A stretch of 63,438 bases of DNA, counting the filler. It is 10 parts of 10 records of this genome, joined end to end, with 100 filler letters (N's around TTAATTAATTAA, not from the genome) between each part and the next. Parts side by side here need not be neighbours in the genome. Positions count along the whole stretch, not along the records: positions 1 to 4,934 come from SRR9670534_230; positions 5,035 to 17,925 come from SRR9670534_231; 8 more parts are not named here. One strand, given 5' to 3'. Position numbers and translations under genes: made by a program. Under the pieces are notes generated by a model. It saw nothing but the letters and a program-made list of their open reading frames with translations. It was not told the origin of the DNA and searched no databases. This document shows, piece after piece, positions 1 to 13,500 of this stretch (position 1 is the stretch's first letter; the number at the start of each line of letters is the position of its first letter).

Positions 1-281
1 CATAATAAATGTTGTTATTACCACAAAAATCTTATACCTATTAAACAATAATATTTCAAAAATTATGAAATTATAATATTACTATAACTACAATTTATAA
101 CACAGTTTCAATAGTAATGGCTAAAAATGATTCACAGTGTGAATCATTTTTAGCCAAGGATATTACACACATTACAGTGTGTAATATCCTTGTTTTTAGC
201 CATTACTAAATTTTCACACTATTAATACATTATTAATAACTATATAGATCTGAAAAATCAATATTCAATATTGTAGACTAC

Positions 282-466
282 CTGAAAAAGGCCAAAAGAG
301 TTAATAAAATAATCCCAGCCAACCATCCAGAAATGGTGAATGAATATGGTAAAGTTAGAGCTCCTGTACCAACAATCAAATTAAACAGAAACAGACAGCC
401 AACTTTTAGGGAATATGTCGAAGTTGGTTGGGTAAGGGGTGGTACATCTCCTAGCGTTTCGCTCAT
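282..466 (-). CDS. TMEM104: TMEM104-like amino-acid-transporter-family membrane protein, first coding exon; gene continues off the left end
   Basis: MSETLGD...LFNLIVGTGALTLPYSFTISGWLAG matches the TMEM104 N-terminal motif FNLIVGTGALT.P; ATG at 466, GT donor at 281. Confidence 0.85.
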
Positions 467-902
467 TTTCAGCTTTCTAGAAAAAGAAAAAGCATAAACA
501 TAAGATATATCTAGCATTAAAAAGATTTTAAAAACCTTACTATGAAACATCAACTAGGTATATTAATAAGTAAACAGAAAAAGCCAGGCTATATGACAGA
601 ATTATTTATTTGCGAAAATATGAATTGTTTTCAATGCATACAGCACAGAAAAGCAAAAGTTATTATTAAAAATGCTCGCCGCGTAAACGTTAAATTACTA
701 ATTTAAAATTAGTTATTTTAGTATTATATTGTGTACTCATGTATGCATCTATTTACATACTTAATATTAATGTCTCAGTTGTTGTTATATGTGATAATGT
801 TACACTAAAAATAAGTTATTATATAAATTTAATTCAACTAGGCAGATAGACTTAGTACATGTACAATGAAATACGGTAACTGTAATGTCATCAATCGAAT
901 GA

Positions 903-3718
903 TCATTGAAGTCTTGTTTGCCTTTGGACCTGAGGTCTTGCCTGATCCCTAGCAGGAACCGTCACTCTAGCTACCGCTTGTTTTGGGGGAGGAGCTGCCA
1001 TCCTACTGCCTCCTCCTACACTTCCTTGTCCAGGAGCTACCATTCTAGAAGCATGCGCCTGAGGTCTTGCCTGAGTTGTAACTTGTGCAGGAACTGTCGC
1101 TCTAGCTACAGCTTGTTTGGGAGGCGGAGCGGCAGGCATTCCTTTTAAGACCAACCATTTCTTAGTCTCTGTGGTAACTTTTTGACCCTTCAAAGCTTGT
1201 CTAATCCGAACAACAACTTCCAAGTTTCCACCAATGTCCTTCCTGCCATTTTCATCTTTCAAGTCATACATTTTCGCTACTGTTGCACAATCATTTAATT
1301 CCTCCAAATTAATAGGAAATGTTGACAATATTTTGTCTCCTTTAAAAAAACCAGCTTTATAATAGATCAAAATTTTCAAACCTTTCTTCAAAGCTCTTGA
1401 AAATGCTCTCTTTTTGGTATCAATTTTTAACTTAAAAATACTATCATACACAGGACAATTAGTATTTTTGCTATGTTCGGTAGCATTTTGCTGAGGCTCT
1501 TCATTACTGGGAAACAAAAACTCATATCTTGCATAAGTTTTCAAATCGTCCTTGTCATAACCAGATGGACATGGAAAATCATAACCTTTCCCAATTTTTA
1601 ATTCCATAACATCTTCTGCAAGATCTGGATTGCTTTGGATCATTTCAAATTTAATGGTATCATAACAAAAATAAGGTACAGGTAATTTATTCTTAAAACA
1701 GCTTCTTAAAGTCATTAGGTCTTTCTTGCTATCCTCAGCCAACTTCTCATATTTTTTAACCAGACTTAAGTCACCAAGTCTCTGAAACTGCTGACAGGCT
1801 GCAGCTGCAAACTTGGTTTGTGTTACTAACTCTTCTTCGAGGGTTTTAAAAGTGCCTTCTCTGGTCTCACCCATTTCAAAAGGCACGGAAGGTAGAAGGG
1901 TTTTTTCCTTCAATTCACCCTCAATACTTGGTGGTGGCGGGACAGTTTTGATGTCAACAGGTAAACCCTGTTCTGATCTTTTTATCATCGGTTCCATTCC
2001 TTTCATATTTCTAACATATTGTAATGCTTTTGTTTGATCGCCGCGTTTTTTAGCCTGCATTGCTGCCGCCTTAAATTGCTGGTACCTCTCAATGAGAAAG
2101 CTAAGCTGTTTGGAATTTCTTGAAGCGCTCATAGATTGCTGTTTAACCAATTTTGGTCCTGATGGGTTTGAAACAGTTCCAGTAGGTAAAGGTCCAAAAT
2201 TTGGAGGATTTGGAAGTGATGAATAGTCAAAACCTCTGCCTGCTCTACATTCTCTAATAGCGCTCTCAAATTGCTTAGCAATTCTGCCCATTCGACGTGC
2301 CTTACCCTCGTCTTGTCCAGGTTTTTTGGCGATATCTGAAAAAAATTTATGTCTATCAATGAGTGCTTGCAACAAAGTTGATGGTCCAGAGGGTGCAGCA
2401 CTGCTGCGGCTGACTGGAGCGGGCTTAGGTGGTTCAGGTTCTGGTTCAGGATCCTCTTCTTCTTCGTCATCTTCAAACATCGCCATATCCAAATCCTTAG
2501 GATGGGGTGGTATTTCCTCTACCTCATCTCCATTTAAGTAATCATGTTTAACACGTTCAAATTCTCTATAAACTATTAAATAGTTCATCGTAAACTTCAT
2601 GTTGCCATCTTTCTTTGCTTGTAAAGCAGCTTGTCTGTATTCGCGTTCTCGTTGATCTAGCAATTTATAAGTGTTAGTATTCCTTCGATCAACTGGCTGA
2701 ATAGGATGATGAGCTACGATTTTTGGAGGACTTGGCTGTTTTGGAATTGGTTGGTGTGGAGCTTGTGCAGATTGTTGGGGCTGTGGTGGACTTCTAGGAG
2801 CAGCCTGTTTCTTTGGTGGCGGACTGGGTTCTTTAGGAATTTGTGGTTTTGGTTGAGCTGCTGGCACTACAATAGCTGGTGGCAACTCATCTTCAGAAAT
2901 AGGTTTACCAGTATTAAACGAACGTTCCAATGAACGCAAGGTATCCAAACCACGTCCAAATCTCCTAGCTTTTGAAATATCACCAGAAGACTGTGCACCT
3001 TGTACAGCTGCTTGGTACATAGCAATTCTCTCCTTTAAAATTTTTCCTACATTAGCATCAACTTTTTGGGGTTGAGGAACAGCAGTAGGTTGCGGTGTTC
3101 CCCCATCTTGAAGAAGGAAATTTAATTCGCTATTTAAAGTCGGATCGTCCAAATCTTCATCGTCGAGATCGACGTCATCATCGTCACCATCAAATCCACC
3201 AGCAGTGCTCATCACAACCATGTTAGCAGGTCCTCTAGCTAAAATCATGGGTAAAATGGAATAATTACATTGCAAGTCCAAGCATATGGTTATCATAATA
3301 TCAACATAAGTACATTATTGTAATTATTAGTAAACATTTTGTAAACATATCTATGCATAAAATGGTTATAATTAAATTTCAAATTATTATGACAGATTTT
3401 GTTTTGGCAAATTCATTACAACTTGTGATGTGAATCATGTGATAAATTATCACTGATAATCCTTGTCAATAACTACTAAAAACTTTATTAATATTCGTAA
3501 ATATGCTTAAATATCCGAATAATTCTATATTTAAATATGAGTTAAAATAAATATTTAATACTTGGTGCTGCTCTGGAGCTTCTCAATGGAGGTGAATTAA
3601 CCTTAGGTTTAGATTTTTCTCTAACAACTTCACCCTGCAATTCCGCTAATTCCGCAAGAAGTTCTTCATCATTTTCAACGTCACCGTACAAATCTTTTTC
3701 GAAAGCACTTAAATCCAT
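903..3718 (-). CDS. CC2D1A: Coiled-coil and C2 domain-containing protein 1 (Lgd/Freud-1 family)
   Basis: Exon 3718-3562 (MDLSAFEKDLYGDVENDEELLAELAEL) splices in phase 1 to exon 3238-903; four DM14-like repeats (e.g. LKERIAMYQAA...GDISKARRFGR) followed by a C2 domain; A/B orthology not resolvable. Confidence 0.9.
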
Positions 3719-3814
3719 CACTTGCTAAAAAGAGTCTATGTCATCAAAGGTCATCTTACGCTCATAACATTTTAAAAAACTTAAAAGACAATAAACAAAA
3801 ACTAATAATAATGA

Positions 3815-4921
3815 TTAAAAATCGCTAAGAATTGAAGATGCTAAATTTCCTAGTAATTCTGAGTTTTGCAGCATCGGTGGTGTAAAGTCTTCTTTCTTCT
3901 CATCTACTGAATGTTCTAGGGCAACTCCCATTAGGTCGTATGTAATTTCAGTACTGGCTGGTACTTCACCACGTGACCTGATGGAAGCGTGGACGCTTCT
4001 AAGCAACGGGACAATCTTTTTCAACAAGATCATTCGAAAACTAAAAAAATTATTTTATTTTTCCTGAACAAATGAACACTTACTATAAATTGAAATTCGA
4101 ACCTCGTCTTAGCTACAGGAGATCTAATTAGAGATTGTAATTTATCAGCAGCGTTAACAAATGACTTCGCCTTGATAAGCTTTAGCATTTCCGAATATTC
4201 ATACAAAAATGCCATTTCCTCACTCAAAAGACACTCACTAGCTAAAAGTTCATTAACAATGCCTATAGAACCAATAATTTCATTATCTTCCATAACATCG
4301 TCATTTTCAGTGTAGGCTTTTGAATACATTGTTAATGCCCTTTGACCAATTTTGCTAATTAATTTTTTATCTTTAGCTTCAATCGCAAATTTTAACGTCA
4401 AATTCAAATCTTCATCATTTTTCAAAAATCGCATACTGGCTGACTTTGAAAGCGACATGGCTAATTAAAGGAAAACTCGTTAATAATAATTATAACTTCA
4501 AATTAAGTTTTTTTTTATAATAGTTTAATAAATTATACTGCACTTATGCAACGGCTATAAGTAACTAAATCATATAAAAAAATAAGCAAACCAAGTTCAG
4601 TCAAGTTTTTTGTTTTACAAAATGTCACTAATTCACTTATTTCTGCAAAGTTTTTATCTTGTACAGGAATTCGATCCACGATTAACTCTGCAGCGTCTCT
4701 AAAATAGTATTTTAAAATACATTTTATTAATGAAACTGAATTTGAGTATCCTTACGTTCCTCGAACAGGACAAAATTCCAAGTAATGAAGACCAATTGTT
4801 CTAAATTGAAGTTATGCAAAATACTACGCACTATAGTACTACGCAATATATATATATATATTATTATACAATGGAGATTGGGGCACTCTGTAGTAGGTTT
4901 TATCAGGATTGTTGATGTAAC
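3815..4921 (-). CDS. NUP85: Nucleoporin Nup85, 3' portion; 5' end lost in the gap at 4935
   Basis: Hand-joined exons give TIGLHYLEFCPVRGTDAAELIVDRIP...LKFAIEAKD...LLSEEMAFLYEY...FVNAADKLQSLIRS...SFRMILLKKIVPLL...TYDLM, collinear with recalled human Nup85 (GVDYFDYCPELG...HIERIP...SIRAKD...MLSDRLTFLGKY...FADAASLLLSL...SFWMTLLTDALPLL...TYELM). Confidence 0.8.
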
Positions 4922-4934
4922 CTTATGTCAATAA

Positions 4935-5034
4935 NNNNNNNNNNNNNNNNNNNNNNNNNNNNNNNNNNNNNNNNNNNNTTAATTAATTAANNNNNNNNNN
5001 NNNNNNNNNNNNNNNNNNNNNNNNNNNNNNNNNN
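4935..5034. other. Artificial assembly gap with a six-frame stop linker (also at 17926, 23346, 34057, 37217, 45434, 54244, 56405 and 59579)
   Basis: Identical 100-nt N44-TTAATTAATTAA-N44 pattern at all nine sites. Confidence 0.97.
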
Positions 5035-5071
5035 ACACTTTTTAATGGGAAGAGTTCAATTAATACACAAA

Positions 5072-5136
5072 AATTATGTGCAATTTTCAGTTATATGCAA
5101 ATATCAGTTATATGCAAATAACCAGTTTTCACTGTA
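5072..5136 (-). mobile_element. Terminus of a pogo/Tigger-like MITE with subterminal repeats
   Basis: Minus strand reads TA|CAGTGAAAACTGGTTATTTGCATATAACTGATATTTGCATATAACTG; the same 22-mer recurs with 1 mismatch at 54080; next to a gap. Confidence 0.55.
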
Positions 5137-5342
5137 CTACCTATTTGGTAACTGTACATAATATTTATTAATATTATGTAGTTGCCAAATAGTATTATGT
5201 ATTTACCGTATAGTATCTTAATAGTATAGTATAATGGTATACACTATGTACATTGTACAGAAAACATACATGTACATATCATATACGTTAGTGTAGTTAC
5301 TGTTTAGTAAAGTAGTTGCTTTAATTATTAAATTATTTTTAG

Positions 5343-6746
5343 ATACGTTTCCTTCTGAGTATGTACCTACAGTTTTCGAAAATTATTCGGCAGATCTGAT
5401 AGTCGATAATACAAGAGTAACCTTACAACTTTGGGATACAGCAGGTAGTGTAGTACATATCTAATATTATGTAAGTCATTTGAAAGAAAAGACATTGAGA
5501 ACTTTACGTATTTCATTTTCGCATCATATACTCTATATGTACATATAGTACTCTATATGTACATACCGGTAGTATGTACTGCATACCTATGTGAAAGCAT
5601 AGCATACTTGATATCATATCAATGATATGTAGCTACTATGTATTGTAGTTAATACATATATGCAACCTAGTTTAATTAAAATTAGTAATTATGATTGAGA
5701 TTTCTCGGGCCAATTTGAAGACAGTGATGGTTATATATTATAGAATTTATAATTTATAATTTTTAAAATTTACACTATGATAAGTTGCGATTGATATCGT
5801 TGTTAGTAACTTGTTATGTACACATAACACACATACCACGTTCTTACAACTTGTTACCATGGATAGTTTCGAAGTAAAACTTAGGTGACTACAGGATTTA
5901 CCATTTGTGTAGCAACCCGAATCGGGTTACCCGATATTCGTTGATTATTTTAATAACATATCTTAATATTTTTCTTTGCCTCGACTATTGGACAACTCGT
6001 TCACGAAGACGTCTCGAATCGAGATAAGTAGATACTCGATTCAACACTTTGAAGTATCAGGTCGCATGGATTACCATAAAATACAACTTATATTGAGTAC
6101 GTATTATGTATGTATTATACTGTATAACATACAGTACAGTGTGTATTATACAGCATACAGTGTATAATTTACGGATCGTAACATCATGTTACTAACATGT
6201 ATCAATATACATTACAATATGTACGATATACTGTATATTATATACGGTAAGTACAGCATGTACAATATACAGTAAGTACAGCATGTACAACAGTACGCAA
6301 ATGTCACTTACTTACGATATGTGCTTATTATTGTTATGCCATGGTTAATAATAAAATTCATAGGACAAGAAGATTATGATAGACTTAGGCCGCTTTCCTA
6401 TCCTCAAACTGATGTGTTTATACTTTGCTACGGTATCAACTCCAAAACGTCTTACAATAACATAACCGCCAAATGGGTTCCAGAACTTAGGCATCATTGC
6501 CCAACTGTACCTATTATACTGGTAGGTACAAAGTTAGATCTTCGCGATGACCCAGACGAACAACCAAGATGTCTTAAAAAGGATCAAGGAGCAAAGCTTG
6601 CTGCAAGGATTGGTGCTGTCAAATTTTTAGAGTGTTCGGCCCTTGCCCAAAGGGGTCTGAAACAAGTGTTTGAAGATTCTGTTAGGGTTGTTATTAATCC
6701 TGGAAGAAATAAGCAAAGGAGGAACCGTATTTGCACTACCTTATGA
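5343..6746 (+). CDS. Rho-family small GTPase (Rac/RhoG-like); P-loop exon missing, probably in the upstream gap
   Basis: Exon 5343-5444 ([13 protein letters not shown]...LWDTA) joins in phase 1 to 6364-6746 ([19 protein letters not shown]...GTKLDLR...ECSA); polybasic tail and CAAX box CTTL. Confidence 0.9.
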
Positions 6747-7855
6747 GATGATTAATGATCATCAAAGTACTTTTATTCTTTTCATTATTACGTACTGCAT
6801 GTAGGTACATCTTGCTGATGCTATTAGTAATAACTAATGGCCTATTATGTATTAGCGTTTTCAATTCTGCAGTGTCTATCAGGTACTTTTATTATTAATT
6901 AAAGATCATGTTTAGTATTCGTCTTCGATGATGCTTCTTGCTATGAATATACAAATTACATAGTACATTATTTATATACTATCTACAGTTACATTATTAA
7001 AACTTGAACGTTGTCATATTTTTTAAAGAAATTAATTATTATTAAAACTTTTATAATCAAATCATTGGAAACCTGCTATTAGATACTACGTACATTGTAA
7101 TAACGGTTATAGTAAGTAAGGTATTAAAGATAATATGCCTACTTTCATGCTGCTATTACGATACTTTAAATCGGTTTTACCTAATAATAATCATGTAGCA
7201 TAAAATTAATGATTATTGCAATAGCAATTTTTCAAAGAATCCATAGAAACATGTCTTGTTTTAGCGATTTTTAAAATACACTTCGTACATAAATAAAGTT
7301 TCTTCTGCCTGTTTGCCTATTGTATGTATTTATTTCTCGAAACATAAACCATTTCGGCTGTACAAACTTATCGAGATGTTTCTGGTCCACGTTAAGTGCT
7401 GTATTTCCATTGTATTTTGAATCTGCACAAATCTATGTGTTCTTCCATTGATTCTTAATAATGCTGTAATAATTGCTCTATTTGCAATCATAATTTTATT
7501 TGTGCATATATATATTCATACTGTTTTGCCATGCAAATAACACTAGATTAATCATAATAGCTATAGTCTCACAGGAATATCTAATATACACACATGCATG
7601 ATATTATCGTACTTATTTACTTCTAGAACTAATAACGGCTTTTCTGGCTTTTTCCATATATTCAGTGTCCTTCCTATTTCTTAGCACCAAGCTTTTGTCG
7701 TAATTATTATCACAAATAATTCATTATTAATTATTATTTTAAGCTAGGTCAATTAACTAGCATTTCTTTATTAATTTCCTAGTATTTATAATAAAGATGA
7801 ATTTCATTGTCGGATATCATATCAGTATTATATTTTACTGAACAATGAGGTAATT

Positions 7856-7869
7856 GTTACCATGGTAAC
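7856..7869. promoter_or_regulatory. RFX X-box of CLUAP1
   Basis: Perfect palindrome GTTACCATGGTAAC ending 44 nt before the ATG of a ciliary IFT gene. Confidence 0.85.
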
Positions 7870-7912
7870 GCATACTATTCAATATGGCACGTTTCACTGT
7901 GTTCGCATAACA

Positions 7913-9939
7913 ATGTCGTACCGTGACCTCAAAAGTAAGTCGTAGATATAGTAATAATAATACAGCTATCACTTTATTAATCGATGGTCTTCATTTAGCA
8001 TTCATTGAACACATGAGAGGCCTTGGTTATGTAAGGCTGATTTCCATGGAAAATTTCAGAACTCCAAATTTCAAACTTGTAGCTGAAATTCTTCAATGGC
8101 TAGTCGATAGGTAAATTTGAAATTTAAATTTGTTCCGTCGAACCTTATTGTTATGTATTAATTGAAGTTATGAGTCAAAAAATGACATACCAAGAGACAT
8201 TGATACCGAACAAGATAGGGTGATATTCATCAGATCCGTTGCTCAGTTCATGGTATATATGATGCAATAACTAAATTTGCATTTTATTATAATCCCTTAT
8301 TATCCCGTAGGCAACAAATGCGCATATTAAGCTGAATACGAAAAAGTTATATACGGCTGACGGGTATGCAGTTAGAGAACTTCTCAAAATTACCAATGTT
8401 CTTTATGGAGCTATGAAAAGGAAAATTAGTGCAAATGATGAAGAAGAAGATTCTGGTACAAGCTCGTATAACTTATCAATGATGTTTGACATTGGTTCAA
8501 AAATTAATGATTTAAAGAAAATACGTCAATTATCTTCAGAAATTACAGAAAAAGGTGCTATATTTTTAAAGTATTATTTTAAAATTATCTTGATATTATA
8601 GGAGCTAATCTGCATCAGCTGTTGGGAAAAGAGGTTGATCTTCGAGAAGTCAGAGCAAATATTATTGCTAAACATCTGGATATAAATGAAGTAGAACAGG
8701 GTCTAAAAGCTTCCATAAAGGCTGTTCATGTTAGTATATACTACTCTAGTCATCAAATTTTTTGTTAATTATAAATTTAAATATAGGATGGGATTCAGAA
8801 AATCCACACCAATTTGAACACAGTCGCTGAAGATGAAGCTAATCTTGATGCTAAAATTCAAAAAAAGAAAAATGATCTGGAACGGTATCAAAAGCGTCTC
8901 AAGACGCTTCAGGCTGTTAGGCCTGCATATATGGATGAGTATGAAAAACTAGAACAAGACCTTGAGAAATTGTATGAAGACTATGTATCGAAGTTTAGAA
9001 ATCTTCAGTACTGTGAAGGACTCTTAGAGGAGTACAACAAAGTTGAACAAGAGAGAAATGAAGTATTTAGAATTGATTTTAATAATAAGTTCTTGGGATG
9101 TAGAATATTCCTCATTATTACATTATTACCATAATAATTAATAATAATAATTATAATATAATTTAATGATTAGATCCAATAATTATTATATCTAAGCGTG
9201 TTTCTTCAGGAGACCGATAGACAACTACGAGAACTTTCAGCCAAAATTAAGGAAACTCAAAATAGAATTCGAGCTAATAAAATGGATGACGACGAGGACC
9301 TTGAAGGTAATTTTAGCATTCCGTATTTCAGATTCTTACATATGTTTTGCTATAAATAGCGGCTTTTCAATCTACCAATATACACAAGGTTGACTTGGAA
9401 GGTAAGTGATTTACCTGCAAGCGTGAATGTGCAAATTTAGCGTGTGCCACATAACTTTTAAATTATTGTATATCATTTCTTGGGTTGTCACAACGGTTGC
9501 CTGAATTTAGCAAATACGTAGTATGTCGCATAATTATTCCCAAATGCCTTTATTTTAGGTATCATCAAAGAAGACGATGGTGATGATAGCATGTCCGATA
9601 CTGATATACCAAATGACATACCTGAAGAGGTGCAGACCAGAAGACAGGACTCTGGCAGGCCAGAAAACAGAAGGGGTGGTGGTCATCCTATTGCTCGTCC
9701 AGGGATTGAACCGAAAGTGCAGGGATCTATGATGGGAGGAGATGAAGACGAGGATGAAGACGAAGTACAATGTTGTTTTTTGTCCATTATAATTATTAAT
9801 AATTCAATTATAGGATGAAGAAGTCAGTGATGTATCTGATGATGAACTTATGGATGACGATGAAGAAGAAGATGTAATGGGTGGGAGAACTAATAATGCA
9901 CGAGCAAGAGTTGATGAGGATGATGATGATGACTTTTAA
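7913..9939 (+). CDS. CLUAP1: Clusterin-associated protein 1 / IFT38
   Basis: [39 protein letters not shown], then [30 protein letters not shown] and [16 protein letters not shown], with an acidic tail ending DDDF*; about 10 GT-AG exons. Confidence 0.95.
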
Positions 9940-10524
9940 GTTTTAAAATATCACTCCACTGTTAATATCTTGATATTTTTATTATTAATAATAGTAATAG
10001 AAATAATAACAACAACATGATTATAATCGTTGTTTTTATTACATGGTATTATTAATGTCAATAAAATAACATAGTAATGGATGAAATTTTCATTAACAGT
10101 ATCAATGTATTGGGATGAAACACCCATTGCATTCCTAAATAATAAGACACAGATGAGACACTATGATGTCATTGACATGAAATGAACAATTGCTAATTAA
10201 ACTACTGACAGATGGCGCTATTAATATGCATATTTTTCATAAGCAGTATCAGTATTGCTATATTTATATTGCATTGATGAAATTTAGCTGAATTTATGTT
10301 TTTTAGCTTTTCAGTTTTTTATTTTAATTTTTTGAACATAGTTTTAAAAGACGTGTTAAATTATTGCAATATTATATTACTTCATATAACAATTATAATA
10401 TCTTTTAAATACATATAACATGCCTTTTAAAAATATGTTCAAAAAATTCAAATTCAAATAATAATTCAATAAAAATTAAAATAATAATTGAATTATTATT
10501 ACTTGTAATAGTTTTTGTTATAAT

Positions 10525-13500
10525 TTAGCTTTTAAACTTCTTACCATGATTGCAAGGAACCATAACCTCTGGAACACATCTTTTGAATTTTTCATGAAAC
10601 CTGTATCCTTTTGTGCATCTTCTCACCACCACAGTCCTTTCATCTTTACATATGAAATGCCAAGTACAACCACTTCTAGATGCATCAGGATAAATGCCAT
10701 TTACTTTCTTCTCACAGCTTGGTTTTAATTTGCATGATGGACTTTGGTCATAATCACCTTATCAAAAGAAAATCCTGATTAATAAGAAGTACTGTGTATA
10801 TTACCAAATGCTATTTATTATATGAATACAATACGATATTGTGACATTATAAATACAAATACAATACAAATAAAATATTGTGACATTATTACTATTGTTA
10901 TGTAGGAATTGTAATGCAATAATTTTATTATAAATTTTTATTATTAAATTATAAAATTTTTATTATTTTATTTTATTATATAATTATATTTTATTATATT
11001 TTGTTATTATATTACATCTTATTATATTTTATTATATAATTCTAATATATAATTTTATTATAAAATTTTTATATCATGTATAATGTTATATAAATATTAT
11101 AATAATAACAGCAATTATGTTTATTATTATAATTACTGTTAGTATATCAGATTATTTTCAATATACAAATTAAGATTACTGAAATGGGTATACAGGGGGT
11201 TTTCATAAGCTCTCTAGATCCACACTCAACCACAGTATAATTAAGACATCTTTTTGATTTACCAGAAAAGAAGAGTGGATATTGGCATGTTCTTCTGACC
11301 TGTGTACCATCTGGTTGGCATTCATAATATTTACCACATTTATCAGTATCTATGAATCTTAACAACAAACTGTTTGCATCAGCCAAACGCATATCCAATT
11401 TTGAAGGGCATTTGTTGTGACCTTACATGTAAGTGAAGTAACGCATGTTATTATACTTTTGTCATATATGATATTTATATATTACACATAACGCAAGTTT
11501 CTGATCCATGTGTATTATAAATATTAATAAAGGTTAATTTTACATTTGTAAAAGTTGTCTCCAGGCCAAACACATCTTTCAGTTATTGGATTATAATGTA
11601 AACCTGGAGTACAGGAGAGTATTGTATCCGCACCATCCAAGCAGAAATGGTACACAGAGCAATCATATGGATCAGGAAAATAGCCTTTAGTATGTTTAGG
11701 GCATGAAATTGATGATTTGTGAGGTCCATCAATTTCTTTATTAGTCTTCGTATCTTCTAAATTGTATAGTATGATTAATAATAATATTGTAATAGTGTAA
11801 ATACCATTACAATCAGTTTTCAAAAAATTTTGAAATGAAAATTTTCATTATTTTGAAATTTTGATTTGAAATTTTGAAATTTTTGATTTCAAAAAAATCA
11901 GTTTTCAAAAAATTAACGCCATATTAGTAATATGATATTACCCGCAATAGGTGTCATTGTTGTCTTTTTCCCATGTGTATTGCCTATAATAGCATTATAC
12001 TATAGTTATTTATAGTATAATATATTATAATACCATGCTATATACCATATTATAATAAGTAGAAAATACTATTTTTAATAAGGTAGGGTTGAACAACTTC
12101 AATTTGTATGTATTTTGTACAATTATATTAATATAATATAAGATAATATTATCATAATAGAATATAATGATTACCTAATTTATTAAGTATCATTTATAGG
12201 GTCACACCATAACGGTATATTATTTCATATAAAACATAGCTTTTCTACTTTAAAACTTATTATAGCATTGTATTATTGTATTGCTACATACACTCCTTTA
12301 CTTCTGATGCCCACACGCACATCTTTTTTTCATTTGACCAATATAGGCCTTCATAACAGGTAAACGTTTTTTGTATGTCACCAAAACAATGATGGAAGAT
12401 GGAACAATTATATGGATCAGCAAAAAAACCATCATTAGTAGTATAACTTCGTGGACAGGACCATTTGCTATTACCAGCCATGGTGACAATATCATTTGAC
12501 CCCACAGATTTAGCTAAATACAATAATACTAATAACTGTAAATTTTAATAGTTATTTATTAAAATTTAATTAAAAAACTTGAATTTTAGTAAAGTGTATT
12601 GTAAATTCAAAAAATAGAAAATAGTTGGTCCATCCTTTTCATATTTTTACATAGATATATTTCAATATTGTTTCTATGCTCACATTTGTAGATGTCGTTG
12701 GTGTCTTGGTTGCATTGTACATTATCCTGCCAATCACATTTATTAGTAAATTTGTTGAATTTTAATGAACCATAGCATTCCTTCAGAACAGGTTTTCCAT
12801 CTGTACATATATAATAAGATGAACAGTCATCTTCATAGTTAGGAAAAAGAATATCTGTACTGTTATTATTAGCCATAGTTGAACATTGGGGTGTGGCAAA
12901 AAATGTTGAAATTTAATTAAATTTTAATTTTAATTAATAAATTTAAATTTTAGTTCTAAATTTAAATTAAATTTAAATTTTTAATAATTAAACTTAATTA
13001 AATTAATTATTAATAAATACGAGATTTTGAAAAGAGTTAGCTAACTCTAGAGTTTCTCTAGAAAACAACCCACATAAATTTAGCTATAGCTTATAAGCTT
13101 ATTATTAACCTCCCAATTCAACAACCATAGAGATCAGATGGAGACTTACACTGTGGCAACTGTTGGCCTTATTGTTATCAATAAACTATTTAGAAATTTA
13201 TTAAAATGAAGATGTCTCTATAACACTATGCCTGGAGTTATAGGCGACATCTGCATCTTATATTCTAAATAGTTCAGGGGGAAATTCAGAAAGTGTACTA
13301 CACTATTAGTAATTCACTATAGGGTCTTTCTATAAAACTTCAGGTTAAATGGGACTCCCAATTAGACCATTCAACACGTTTTTGAGAAGACTTTCTTAAG
13401 AAAACAACCCATAAAAGTTGGAAGTGATTGGTAAACTAAATGTCAAATTCCCATCATGTTTTTTGGTCAAATTTCAAGATTTTGGCACACCCTATTGAAC

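Noticed and set aside
4459-4475. AG 2 nt before the ATG at 4458 as a trans-splice site of an orphan gene
   Set aside because: It is an ordinary cis acceptor; upstream exons join in frame and the product is NUP85
4979-4990. Recurrent TTAATTAATTAA between N runs as a biological repeat or CRISPR-like array
   Set aside because: Identical N44-linker-N44 format at all nine sites; it is an artificial six-frame stop spacer
13020-13500. Higher-complexity stretch inside the CBM14 gene as a transposon or extra exon
   Set aside because: Stops in the frames I examined and no recognisable motif; cannot be supported
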